Of a DNA stretch of 64,000 bases, positions 49,774-60,700 are shown in pieces; position 1 is the first letter of the stretch; each line of letters opens with the position of its first letter. A program made the position numbers and the translations under genes. This DNA comes from Acidobacteriota bacterium (GTDB lineage Bacteria; Acidobacteriota; Blastocatellia; RBC074), in NCBI GenBank assembly GCA_018269055.1, contig JAFDVI010000013.1, positions 2,621-66,620 on the forward strand, read 5' to 3'. The notes beneath the pieces are model-generated. The model was not told where the DNA came from, ran no database searches, and saw only the letters and a program-made list of their open reading frames with translations.

Positions 49774-52700
49774 ATGAATACACATATAACGCCCACACGA
49801 ATTGTTTTCCTGAACCGAAACTGGGAACGGTTTCGATTGGTTCTTGCCAGCAGTTTTGTAATGCTGGCCGCGGTCTTAACGTGGCAGGTCTCGGCGCGAT
49901 TTTCCGCTTCGGCGAAATCGAATTCGCTGGCCGCGAACTCTGCGACCTCGATTCCCGCTGCGCCTGCGGCAGCGATGCAAGGCGGCTGCAACAACTGTTG
50001 CGGTTCATGGAGCCAGAAATCCAGCACGGGGCCATCTGCCCGCGACATTCACGCAATGGCTTATGCGCAAGCTTGCAATCGCGTCGTGCTGTTTGGTGGC
50101 CGCGCAGCGGGTGGTTTTCCGCCTGCCAACGTCACGGATGATACTTGGGAATGGAATGGCAACACCATGACCTGGACGCAATTCTTCCCGGCGACACGGC
50201 CAGGGCCACGCGGTCAGCACGCGATGGTATATGACGCGGCGCGCAATGAAATCGTGCTCTTCGGCGGATTCAATCAAAACTTTGTTGGGCTGAATGACAC
50301 TTGGGTGTATAGCTGCGCCACGCATACCTGGACGCAGAAATTTCCGGCCACGTCGCCTTCGATCCGGCACGGGCACGCGATGGCCTACGATCCGAACAAA
50401 CAGCTTGTCGTGATGTATGGCGGCGGCAGCAACAAACAAGACACCTGGACGTGGGACGGAACGAATTGGGTGGAGATCATCGGCGCAAACCAGCCGGGCA
50501 TTCGCCACGAACATGCCATGGCCTTTGACGGAACGCGCATCATTTTGTTTGGCGGGTCGAAAAACGCAGGCTATGCGGACAACGACACCTGGGATTTGAC
50601 GCTGACTTCGCCGAGCGCGGGAACCTGGACGATGATCGCTCCCAATGGTAGCGGCCCAAATAAACGCCAGCGTCATGCGATGGCGTATGACCCCGGTTGT
50701 CGCAAAGTGATTTTATTCGGCGGGTGGAGCGACATTGCAACTTACGCCGACGACACCTGGGAATGGCGGCGAGACACATTGTCGTGGTGTCAAACTTCAG
50801 TGCCGACACCGCCGTCGCCAGCGCGCCAATTTTCAGCAATGGCGTATGACGGAAAAGGCGTGATTATGAATGGCGGACTGAATAGCTCACTCGCGCAAAT
50901 TCAGGACACCTGGCGATTTGCCTGCAACCGCGCGTACACCTATCGCGCCGGATTGATGGACGATTTCGCCTTGCCCACCGATCCGACCTCGCCAACCGCG
51001 GCATTTATGGCAAACGTTGACGCGTTTTATAGCACTCCGCCGAAGATGGATTTTGACGAACCGACGACGAATAAATTCCTGCTTCATTCGTTTACCGGAT
51101 TGCCGACCAACATCGTCCGAGCAGAATTGGAAGTGCGGGCGCAGCCGAACGGCGGAGCTTCCAACGATTCAATCCATTTGGATTTCCCGCCGTTTAACGC
51201 TCCTTCATTTACGTGGGGGAAAAACTTTTTCGCGCTGCATCCCGGCGGAACGTGGGATCCGGGGCAGGGCGCGTATACCTTCACCCTGGATTTGTGCAAT
51301 TTGCCCGCTGGCGGCGCAGGGCAGCCGACAAACCTGCTTGGCCTGCTGAATGCGAATCAGTCACTCCACATCATGATTCAGGATGACACCAGCGTGGATT
51401 ACATCAAGTTGCGCGTGTGGTCGTGCCCACCGCGCAGGTATCACGGCGGTTTGCCCGTGGAATCGCTGGGGCAAGCACAACTGAGCGAGGACGCGAACGG
51501 CAATCTGTTGATCGGGGACATCGGCGTCAGCGGCAACGACGGAGCGACCTTCCAGGTCGGCGAAACGAGAGGCGCTTCGATCAAGATGGTGGATACGCTT
51601 TCGTCGCTGCCCAACGGCAGTTATGTCGAAGCGCGCGGGATCGGACGAGTTGGCGGCACGCCCAACAGTCCAGCTAGCAGCATGCGCATAGCGATGACAA
51701 ACACTGGTGCTGAACTGACGCCGAATTTCAGTGCGCTTGGCGCTACGACGTTTCACGTTATCCTGTACAACGACGGGAACACCGTGTTCAGCCAGGGAGG
51801 GTTGAGCGGCAATGCCGTTAGTGTGCCCGCCGCTGCCGTTGCGCCTCTTCTGCAATTCGGCGGGTCAGGAAACATCGTCGGTATGGAAGACATGTCCGGT
51901 CTCGGTATCATCATTACCGAAGACGTCCTCCTGCGTGTGAATGGGCAGGACATTGGTACCGGAGACACGCTGGTCTTTGCGCCCGAAAATCCCACGCAGT
52001 CCTTCGATCTGCTGACGAACTTCCAATTCGGCGGGGCGGGCGTTTCGACGCTGCGCGCGGTGTTGGGAAATATAACCTGTTGCGGTTTCTCCGGTTCCGC
52101 CTCTAATACGTCGCAGTTCCAGGTGGGTGGCAACGCACAACTGGAACCATTTGTCGGTGGCGTCAGTGTGACGGGCATCGGTTCCAGCGGGCAGGATGGC
52201 GTAACAATAAACCTGCGCAAGTCGCAGAGCTTCGGCATCACTTTTGATCCCCTTGATCCAATGTCCATTGCGCCGGTCGGAGCTTCGCTGCAAATCAGCA
52301 CGTCGCACATTCTCAATGTGCTGCCGCCGCCTCCGCCGCGCAACGACAACCTCTCGCTGACCGCAACCAAGCCCATCATTCCGCCGATCTTTCCGGAGAC
52401 GTATAGAGTCGCGGCGAATTTTTCGGAATTGGGAGCGACTTCACTGCATGTAACGGCGTTCAATGGCGCGACGCAAGTTGCTGAGATGACGAACTTTACT
52501 GGGGAAGTCTTGGTCTCAAAACGGCCATTAAAATTTAGTTTCATCGATTTGGCCACGTTGGGATATCAACTGGATTTCCCCAGCGGCGCGCAGGTCAAAT
52601 TTGGACCTTGCCCGCCTGCTCCGTGTGACCAGGGATTCACCATCACATCGCTGCGCGTCCAGCCGCAGACCACAAACGTGACGGTTTCATACTTTACGAA

Positions 52701-54759
52701 TGTGAGTCTGACGGCGATTGATCTGCCGGAATTCACAATCACCGGTATGACGATGGTTCCGTTCTGCAACAGCACGATTTCGGTGTCGCCGGGTTCGTTG
52801 CCGCTTGCCAGAGTCAATCAAGCCTACACTCAGCAACTTACCGCGGGCGGAGGCTTGGGAACATACCGCTTTAACATCACTTCCGGGTCGTTGACTCCGG
52901 GGTTGAGCCTGAACCGTGTGACCGGCGTGATTTCGGGAACGCCGACTGTGGATGGATCTGCGACGTTCACGGTGACGGCGACGGATGACAACGGATGCAC
53001 AGGCAGCCAAGCCTACACACTCAATGCGATTATCTGTCCAACCATCACGGTGAATCCGGCAACGGCTGCCAACGGGACTGTTGGCACGTCGTATAGCCAG
53101 ACATTCACGGGTTCTGGCGGACTCGCGCCATACTCGTTTGCTCGCGTCACGGGGACACTGCCTCCGGGTTTGACGCTGAATGCAAACAACGGCCTGTTGT
53201 CCGGCACACCTACGCAAGCAGGCACGTTCAACTTCACCGTCGAAGCGACGGATGTCCTTGGCTGCACAGGCAATCGGGGCTATTCGGTGGTCATTAACCC
53301 GGTGTGTCCCGCCATCACCGTCAACCCGGCAACCAGTCCCAATGGATTTGTCGGCACGGCTTACAGCCAGACCTTCACGGCTTCTGGCGGAACCGGTCCG
53401 TATACCTTCGCTCGCATCACCGGCACGCTGCCTCCGGGCTTGACGCTGAGTGGGGCCACCGGCCTGTTGTCCGGCACGCCGACCACAGCGGGCACATATA
53501 CCTTCACGGTGGAGGCGACAGCCGCCAATGGCTGCACTGGAACGCAACCTTACACGGTCGTCATTTCCGGCAACGGATTGATGTTCTATCCGCTGGCGGC
53601 TCCGGTGCGATTTTTGGATACGCGGCCAGCGCAGACAGGCTGTTTGACGCCGGGAACTCCGATTGCCGGGGGAACCAGCTTCACGTTGGGAGGCGCAGGA
53701 TTCTGCGGTGTTCCTTCGGTGGCCAGAGCGGTGATGGGGAACATCACGGTCGTGACTCCTGCGGCCAATGGATTCCTGACCTTGTTTCCCAGCGGCGCTA
53801 CACAACCAACGGCGGCCAATACCAACTTCATTTCGGGCGAGGTGTTGAACAACGTCTTTACTGTAGGGTTGGGAGCCGCCGATGGCGCGTTCAAGATATT
53901 CGCTTCGACAACGGTGCATGTCGTGGTAGATGTGACGGGGTACTTCGCTCCGCCGCAACCCGCGCCCGCAACGGGCTTGTACTTCCATCCGTTGCCGACC
54001 CCGATTCGGCTGGAAGACACACGCGTCGGGTTGTCCGCCTGCTTTACACCTGGAACGCCTTTGCCGGGCGGAGTGGACACGACGCATCAAGGGACAACGA
54101 CCTGCAACGGCGTGACCATTCCTTCGGTGGCCAGAGCGATCATCGGCAACATCACAGTTGTTGCTCCTCTGGCCAACGGATTCATCACGGTGTTTCCGGG
54201 AGACACGACCCGGCCATTGGCTTCCAGCGGAAATTACAGGGCAAACACTGTCTTGAACTCACCGTTTATGGTGGGTTTGTCTTCAACGGGGCAGTTCAAG
54301 GTCTATTCCGTGGCACAAACGGATGTGGTGATAGATGTTTCCGGATATTTCAGTCCTGAACCCGTCGACGTAAACGGAACCGGATTGCTGTTTACGCCGA
54401 TTGTTCCGTCGCGCTTGCAAGACACGCGTCCAGGCCAAGCGGCTTGCTTCAATCTGGGCACCCCATTGCCCAGCGGCATGGATGTGACCCAACCTGCCGC
54501 CGGTTCCTGCACCATCGCCAGCACAGCCAGAGCGATTATGGGAAACGTCACTGTCGTGACTCCTGCGGCACAGGGGTTCATCACGTTCTGGCCAAGCAAC
54601 ATTCCCAGGCCGCTGATTGCCACCTCGAACTTCCAGACGAGCCGAAACTTCAACCGCTTTTTCACGGTCGGGCTGGGGCCAGCCGACGGCGCATTCAAGA
54701 TGTTTTCGCTGGCAATGCCCCACCTCGTGGTTGACGTGTCGGGATACTTCGCGCCGTAA
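49774..54759 (+). CDS. 1661-aa secreted modular protein: Kelch propeller, unknown beta domains, three putative-Ig (He_PIG) domains, three C-terminal repeats
   Basis: Signal/TM; repeats of R..HAMAYD...LFGG...DTWxW; three GSLPPGLTL..G.LSGTPT..G..FTV.ATD units; three P.PxRxxDTR...A.A.GN.TVV.P...GF.T.FP...FxVGL...F.....HVVVDV.GYF units. Confidence 0.9.
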   Translation: MNTHITPTRIVFLNRNWERFRLVLASSFVMLAAVLTWQVSARFSASAKSNSLAANSATSIPAAPAAAMQGGCNNCCGSWSQKSSTGPSARDIHAMAYAQACNRVVLFGGRAAGGFPPANVTDDTWEWNGNTMTWTQFFPATRPGPRGQHAMVYDAARNEIVLFGGFNQNFVGLNDTWVYSCATHTWTQKFPATSPSIRHGHAMAYDPNKQLVVMYGGGSNKQDTWTWDGTNWVEIIGANQPGIRHEHAMAFDGTRIILFGGSKNAGYADNDTWDLTLTSPSAGTWTMIAPNGSGPNKRQRHAMAYDPGCRKVILFGGWSDIATYADDTWEWRRDTLSWCQTSVPTPPSPARQFSAMAYDGKGVIMNGGLNSSLAQIQDTWRFACNRAYTYRAGLMDDFALPTDPTSPTAAFMANVDAFYSTPPKMDFDEPTTNKFLLHSFTGLPTNIVRAELEVRAQPNGGASNDSIHLDFPPFNAPSFTWGKNFFALHPGGTWDPGQGAYTFTLDLCNLPAGGAGQPTNLLGLLNANQSLHIMIQDDTSVDYIKLRVWSCPPRRYHGGLPVESLGQAQLSEDANGNLLIGDIGVSGNDGATFQVGETRGASIKMVDTLSSLPNGSYVEARGIGRVGGTPNSPASSMRIAMTNTGAELTPNFSALGATTFHVILYNDGNTVFSQGGLSGNAVSVPAAAVAPLLQFGGSGNIVGMEDMSGLGIIITEDVLLRVNGQDIGTGDTLVFAPENPTQSFDLLTNFQFGGAGVSTLRAVLGNITCCGFSGSASNTSQFQVGGNAQLEPFVGGVSVTGIGSSGQDGVTINLRKSQSFGITFDPLDPMSIAPVGASLQISTSHILNVLPPPPPRNDNLSLTATKPIIPPIFPETYRVAANFSELGATSLHVTAFNGATQVAEMTNFTGEVLVSKRPLKFSFIDLATLGYQLDFPSGAQVKFGPCPPAPCDQGFTITSLRVQPQTTNVTVSYFTNVSLTAIDLPEFTITGMTMVPFCNSTISVSPGSLPLARVNQAYTQQLTAGGGLGTYRFNITSGSLTPGLSLNRVTGVISGTPTVDGSATFTVTATDDNGCTGSQAYTLNAIICPTITVNPATAANGTVGTSYSQTFTGSGGLAPYSFARVTGTLPPGLTLNANNGLLSGTPTQAGTFNFTVEATDVLGCTGNRGYSVVINPVCPAITVNPATSPNGFVGTAYSQTFTASGGTGPYTFARITGTLPPGLTLSGATGLLSGTPTTAGTYTFTVEATAANGCTGTQPYTVVISGNGLMFYPLAAPVRFLDTRPAQTGCLTPGTPIAGGTSFTLGGAGFCGVPSVARAVMGNITVVTPAANGFLTLFPSGATQPTAANTNFISGEVLNNVFTVGLGAADGAFKIFASTTVHVVVDVTGYFAPPQPAPATGLYFHPLPTPIRLEDTRVGLSACFTPGTPLPGGVDTTHQGTTTCNGVTIPSVARAIIGNITVVAPLANGFITVFPGDTTRPLASSGNYRANTVLNSPFMVGLSSTGQFKVYSVAQTDVVIDVSGYFSPEPVDVNGTGLLFTPIVPSRLQDTRPGQAACFNLGTPLPSGMDVTQPAAGSCTIASTARAIMGNVTVVTPAAQGFITFWPSNIPRPLIATSNFQTSRNFNRFFTVGLGPADGAFKMFSLAMPHLVVDVSGYFAP

Positions 54760-54787
54760 TGCGGAAGAGAGGCTGAAAGGTCAAAAT

Positions 54788-54831
54788 AGAAAACGCCGGA
54801 TAGAAGATGAATTTTCTACCCGGCGTTTTCT
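54788..54831. terminator. Bidirectional terminator between the 1661-aa gene and rpmB
   Basis: AGAAAACGCCGG(A/G)TAGAA...TTCTACCCGGCGTTTTCT. Confidence 0.7.
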
Positions 54832-54854
54832 GATTTTAGAGTTTGTGTTCGGCG

Positions 54855-55091
54855 TTAAACCTTTTCGCCGCGGGCGCGCATATCAGCCAGCACTTTCTCG
54901 ATGCCGAGCTTATCAATCGTCTTGATGCCGCGCGGGGTGACGCGCAACCGAACCCAACGGTTTTCGCTCGGAACAAAGAAACGGTGTGATTGCAGATTCG
55001 GTTCAAAGCGGCGCTTGGTGCGATTGTTGGCGTGCGAGACGTTGTTGCCGGACATCGGCTTTTTGCCGGTCACCTGACACTTTCTAGCCAT
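54855..55091 (-). CDS. rpmB: 50S ribosomal protein L28 (78-aa single-Cys type)
   Basis: [38 protein letters not shown]...RARGEKV; AGGAGG RBS. Confidence 0.98.
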   Translation of the reverse strand: MARKCQVTGKKPMSGNNVSHANNRTKRRFEPNLQSHRFFVPSENRWVRLRVTPRGIKTIDKLGIEKVLADMRARGEKV

Positions 55092-55292
55092 CGAATTACC
55101 CTCCTACTGAAAAAATTGCGTATTAACGAAGTTTCGGAAGATACACGACAGCGCCGGAAAAAGCCAGCAGCGCGAAATTTTTTGGATTCGTCAGGCATCG
55201 TCTTTGACGGCTTGACAGTTTCACGGGCGAGATAGTTTGATAGCAAGACAAATAAAAATTTGCGCAAAACGACTCTCTGAAGCGATGAAAAG

Positions 55293-55928
55293 ATGATTAA
55301 ACGTGGCCTCTTGCTGGTGCTTTTGATTGCCGCGATAGCGTTTGCCTATGTTCATTTTCAGGTTCACAGCTACGACAATCGAATTGTCACCGATTTGAAT
55401 GAATTAGATACCAGCCGATGGGCGCGCCCTCGCGTCGCAGTGGTGTTTGGCGCCAGCGTCTACAGTAACGGCGACTTGTCTCCGATTTTGGAAGATCGCG
55501 TGGATACGGCCATTGAGTTATACCGCGCCCGCAAAGTGGACCGCATTTTGGTTTCGGGCGATAACCGGCATGCCAGTTACAATGAACCGAAAGCGATGCA
55601 GGATTATCTGGTCACGCACGCCGTTGCGCCTCAGGACGTTGTGGTGGATTACGCCGGGCGTTCAACGTATGAAACCTGCGTGCGGGCAAAAGACGTGTTT
55701 GGATTGAAACAGGCGGTATTGGTGTCACAGGGATATCATCTGCCGCGAGCGCTGTACATCGCCAACAATGTCGGGCTTGATGTAGTGGGAGTTGCAGGAG
55801 ATTTACGGTTAAAGCCAAAGGTGGATTATCAGGGATTTCGGGAATGGGCGGCGGAGGTCAAAGCCTACTTGAATTTGAAATACTTTCCTCCCGATGTGCT
55901 GCTCGGCAATCCCCAGCCGATTCGATAG
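55293..55928 (+). CDS. SanA/YdcF (DUF218) family protein
   Basis: AVVFGASV, ILVSGDN..YNEP.AM, DYAGRSTYETC.RAK.VF, VSQGYHLPRALY, REW.A.VKA. Confidence 0.92.
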   Translation: MIKRGLLLVLLIAAIAFAYVHFQVHSYDNRIVTDLNELDTSRWARPRVAVVFGASVYSNGDLSPILEDRVDTAIELYRARKVDRILVSGDNRHASYNEPKAMQDYLVTHAVAPQDVVVDYAGRSTYETCVRAKDVFGLKQAVLVSQGYHLPRALYIANNVGLDVVGVAGDLRLKPKVDYQGFREWAAEVKAYLNLKYFPPDVLLGNPQPIR

Positions 55929-55943
55929 AAGTTTTTACAGGCC

Positions 55944-57635
55944 ATGGCAAACGAATTACGAACGAACGAATTTTCCTGGCGTTCCCGGCAAGCTTCGCTT
56001 GATCGGTTCACACAGGAAATGTTCGACGTCTTGATCATCGGCGGCGGAATTACAGGAGCCGGGTTGGCGCTGGATGCCGCCGTGCGCGGGTTGAAAACCG
56101 CCTTGGTGGAAAAGCGCGATTTTGCCGCCGGAACGTCCAGCCGTTCGACCAAGTTGATTCACGGCGGGTTGCGGTACCTGGAGCAGTTCGATTTTGCCCT
56201 GGTGCGTGAAGCTTTGTTGGAACGGTCAATCCTCGCGCGGATTGCTCCCCATTTGGCCGAAGCTTTTCCCTTTGTCATTCCGATTTATTCCGACAGGCGT
56301 AGAAATTACGATCATCCATGGAAGATGCGAGCCGGGCTGTTTTTGTACGATTTTTTGGCTGGCGGGCACAATTTTTCCAGGCATCGGCGGTTGAATAAAG
56401 AAGAAGCGTTAAGGCTGGCGCCGCAACTGGATGCCAACGGATTAAAGGGCGCATTTCTGTATTACGACGCCCGAACGAATGATTCCCGACTGGTTATTGA
56501 AGTCATCAAGGCTGCGCACGAACGCGGAGCATCCATCGCCAATTACGCCAAAGTCGAAAGCTTTTTGCGCAATGGCAACGGCAAAATCGCCGGGGCGCGC
56601 GTAGTGGATCAAATTGGCGGCAATCCGATTGATCTGCGCGCCAGCGTGACGATCAATGCGACGGGCGTCTGGTTGGAAGAAACAATTCGGTTGAATAACA
56701 GCGAAGGAGAATTGCCCAAAACATTGCGGCCGGCCAAGGGCATTCACCTGACAGTTTCCGCTGACCGGTTGCGTGTGGGGGCTGCCTGGTTGATTCCATC
56801 GCTGACCGGCCATCGGTTTTATTTCATCGTGCCGTGGCAGGATCGCGTCAACGTCGGAACCACAGACACCGATTACGAAGGCGGCAAGGATTCGCCTCAA
56901 GCCAACCCGGAAGAAGTTGCTGAAATTCTGATTGCTGTCAATTCTTATTTTCCCGGCGCAAATCTGGATACGACGGACGTGATTTCCGCCTGGGCGGGAT
57001 TGCGTCCGTTAATCACCGATGCCGACGCCAAAGACACCACCAAAGTGTCTCGCAAAGAAGAGATCATCGAAACTTCAGATGGATTGATTTCTATTGGAGG
57101 AGGCAAACTGACCACCTACCGGTTGATGGCGGAGCAGGGAATTACCCTCGCACTAAAACGACTGGAAAGGCGACCGGAAAGACTCAATGGTGAAAACAGA
57201 ACGACGGAAGTTCCGATCAGCGGCGGCCAGATAAGCCGGGTTGATCTGGAAATGCTGGCGAAACAGTTTGCTCAGCATTACGACTTGCCGGTCGGAATCA
57301 CGCGGCATCTGGCATTTTCTTATGGATCGGATTTTGACCGGTTGATTCGCCTGATGCTGGATGATGAACAATTGCGCGAACCGCTGACCAAAGACCTGCC
57401 TCACGTCAAAGCCGAAGTTGTTTATGCCGCCCGGCACGAAATGGCTGTCAATTTAAGTGATACGTTGATGCGGCGGATGCGTCTGGCAATGCTGGCAGGA
57501 GAAGCTTCGCTGGAATGCGCGCCGGTGGCAGCCATGTTGATGGCCAGGGAGTTGGGTTGGGATGAAGTCGAAACCCGTCGCCAACTTACCAATTTCGTTG
57601 CTGAGCTTCACCGCGAGTACCTCGCCAAAGTTTGA
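55944..57635 (+). CDS. glpD: FAD-dependent glycerol-3-phosphate dehydrogenase/oxidase
   Basis: DVLIIGGGITGAG, DFAAGTSSRSTKLIHGGLRYL, INATGVW, AWAGLRPL, GGGKLTTYR. Confidence 0.95.
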   Translation: MANELRTNEFSWRSRQASLDRFTQEMFDVLIIGGGITGAGLALDAAVRGLKTALVEKRDFAAGTSSRSTKLIHGGLRYLEQFDFALVREALLERSILARIAPHLAEAFPFVIPIYSDRRRNYDHPWKMRAGLFLYDFLAGGHNFSRHRRLNKEEALRLAPQLDANGLKGAFLYYDARTNDSRLVIEVIKAAHERGASIANYAKVESFLRNGNGKIAGARVVDQIGGNPIDLRASVTINATGVWLEETIRLNNSEGELPKTLRPAKGIHLTVSADRLRVGAAWLIPSLTGHRFYFIVPWQDRVNVGTTDTDYEGGKDSPQANPEEVAEILIAVNSYFPGANLDTTDVISAWAGLRPLITDADAKDTTKVSRKEEIIETSDGLISIGGGKLTTYRLMAEQGITLALKRLERRPERLNGENRTTEVPISGGQISRVDLEMLAKQFAQHYDLPVGITRHLAFSYGSDFDRLIRLMLDDEQLREPLTKDLPHVKAEVVYAARHEMAVNLSDTLMRRMRLAMLAGEASLECAPVAAMLMARELGWDEVETRRQLTNFVAELHREYLAKV

Positions 57636-57719
57636 TTATCTCGCCGTTGCGGCAACCACTCCCGTTTGTAAGAATGCAATCTACAGTCGCTGTTTAGTTG
57701 CAACAACCAATCACAACCC

Positions 57720-60700
57720 ATGAAAAGAACAATCTCCGAAGAGACTCGGCGCAAGCTTCTGGAAGCTGCAAGGGCCCGATGGGCGAAAGCCGACAATAAA
57801 AATGGTGATCACTTGGAATCCGCAATTCCAGCAGTGGTGGCTGCGCTGGACATTGACAGCTTGAAAAAACGCGCCGGTTCCAGCGTGACCGTACGCGGCA
57901 TCGCATACTTTGTTGATAAAAGTCGGTTCAAGCTGAAAGAAGACGCGGACGACTCTGTTATCGTCAAGGTGCGCAGTTCTGAAAATTACACGGTCTTTTT
58001 TGACCTCGAACCAGATGGTGAGGTTTTCACTTCCTGTGATTGTCCCTATTCGGATTACGAAGATGAAATTATCTGCAAGCACAAAATTGCCGCTGCGATG
58101 TATCTGAAAGACCTCTACTCCAGAGGCCGCGCGAGCAAGCCAGTTCCGCAATCCAGCCCTTCAAAAATCGAGCCGAAAATTGAGCGGGAAGACTCGCGCT
58201 GGAAAGAAAATCTTGCGGCCTTGCTGCGGCGCGATTTAATTCCGACGAAGTCTGAATTGACGGAGGCAATCCTGTTCTTTTCCTTTATTCGCCGGAATCA
58301 CCGCTACGTTGTCCAACCGGGCGTTGTTGTGACGTACGAAATTCCGTCTGAATTGTGGAAAGACAGAATGGCTTTGCGTGAGTATTTGCTTGCCAACCGA
58401 GAGCCGTTGAGCCTGCAAACCTTTTCGCTTTCTTCATACAACCTGGATTCCTATCAGTTTGTTAATGCCGAACAAGCGCATCGTATGTTGGTGTATCAGG
58501 CGGAATCCGCCTTGCAAACGAGTTATTACAATTACAGCTACGGCTACGGTGCGAACATGGAAACGCGCGTCTGGACTGCGCTGAGCGATACGCTGACGTT
58601 TCTGGGCAATGAACAGCAATTGATCAAACAACCGCTGGACGTATTGCCGGGAATCGCGCGGATCGAATTGGATTTGCAGCGCCAGGAAGATGGAATTCAT
58701 TTGTCGCCGATGCTTGTGCTGGAGAATCGCGCCGTCAGCGTGAAGGCAAACGGGCTGGAAGTGTTCAATCAGTCGCCGCTTTGGTTGCGCCAGGGGCAGC
58801 AGATTTTTCAAGTTGGGATTGATCAATACAAGTTCAACCAGTTTCGCCAGCAGAAAGACGTTGTGATTCCCGCCGAAGCCGTGGATGAATTTTTCCAGCG
58901 CAACTTTGCGGAAGTGACATCGGCGTATGAGTTGCGCGGCGAAACCATGCTTGGCGAAACCTTGACCGAGGCTCAGCCCGTTCCGAGGCTGTATCTGATC
59001 GAACACGAAAACCAGGACGGCAAGCACGAACTGCGGGCGATGTCGCGTTTTGCCTACAACGGATTGAACTGCATCGCGGCGAAAAATGCGCCGCCTGTCA
59101 GTTACGCGCGCGACGCGGAAAATGACAAGGTCGTCAAAATCCATCGGCACACCGCGTTTGAAAATAATTGGTGGCGGCGGTTTGGCACGGATGAATTCGG
59201 CATGAAGTGCGGCAACGTGCGCGATGGCACGACGCAGGATGTGTTTTTGTTACGCAAGAAAGTTCATCCGTTCGACTTCCTGAAAAACATGGTGCCGAAA
59301 CTGACAGAAGCGGGCGTGGAAATTTTCGGCGAAGCCGAACTGACGCTGGCCAAAATCAACCGCGCTCGTCCGACGATTCAGTTCAATGTAACTTCGGGGA
59401 TTGACTGGTTCGACGTGCAAGCCATCATCAATTTTGGCGATCTGGAAGTTTCGCTGGCCGAAATTCGCAAATCGCTGCGCAAAAAGGAACGCTTCATCAA
59501 ACTGGCCGACGGTTCCATCGGCGAAATTCCCGAAGAGTGGTTGGAAAAGTACAAACACTTGTTCGGACTGAGCGAGGCCAAGGAAGACGGCTTCCGCGTC
59601 GCGCGCCATCACGTGACGTTGCTGGATCAACTGCTGTCGGACAATGAACAGATCACAACCGACAAGGGCTTTGAGCGGGCGCGCGCATGGCTGAAAAACT
59701 TTCAAGGGATCGAAACCAAATCGCTGCCCGAAAACTTCCTGGGCGAATTGCGTCCGTACCAGAAAGCCGGATTCGACTGGCTGCATTTTCTGCGCGAAGC
59801 TCGCTTTGGCGGGTGTCTGGCCGATGACATGGGAACCGGCAAAACGATCCAGACGCTGTGTTTTCTGCAATCGGTCAGGGAAGAGTACGAAACGCGCAAC
59901 CAGCGCAAACGCAAAAAGGAACCACGCGCGGCGCATTTGTTGGTTGTTCCGCGCTCGCTGGTGACGAACTGGATGCGCGAGGCTGAAAAGTTTGCGCCGA
60001 GCCTGAAGATTCTGGATTTCGCCCACGCCGAACGCGCGGCGGACATTCGCGAATTCGACGAATACGACATCGTGTTGACGACCTACGGCATTTTGTTGCG
60101 CGAAATCGAACGACTGTTGGAATACGAATTCGACACGGTGATTCTGGATGAAGCGCAGGCCATCAAAAATCCGGTTTCGGAATCCGCAAAAGCTTCGCGG
60201 TTGTTGAAGTGCAAACACCGGTTGACGCTGACCGGAACGCCCGTGGAAAACAATACGCTGGAATTATGGTCGCAATTCGCGTTTCTGAATCCCGGCTTGC
60301 TTGGTTCGGCGGATTACTTCCGCGAAGATTTCGCCGGGCCAATCGAACGCCAGCAGGATGAAACTGCAACGGCAACATTGCGGCGATTGGTGTACCCGTT
60401 CATTTTGCGAAGGACGAAAGACCAGGTCGCGCTGGATTTGCCGCCGCGCAGCGAAAAGATTCTGTGGAACGAAATGGAACCGGCGCAGCGGAAAATTTAC
60501 ACTGAAACCCGCGACGAATACCGCGCCAAAATCCTGAAGCTGATCGAAGACAAAGGCGTGAAAGACGCGCGGTTCCGCATTCTGGAGGGTCTGCTGCGTC
60601 TGCGCCAGATTTGTAATCATCCGAGACTGGTGCAACCCGGTTACAGGGGAAATTCGGCGAAGCTGGATACCTTGCTGGAAACAGTGGAAACACTACGCGC

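Noticed and set aside
55092-55292. Zur box upstream of rpmB
   Set aside because: Only a weak AT-rich stretch near 55110-55130; no convincing palindrome.
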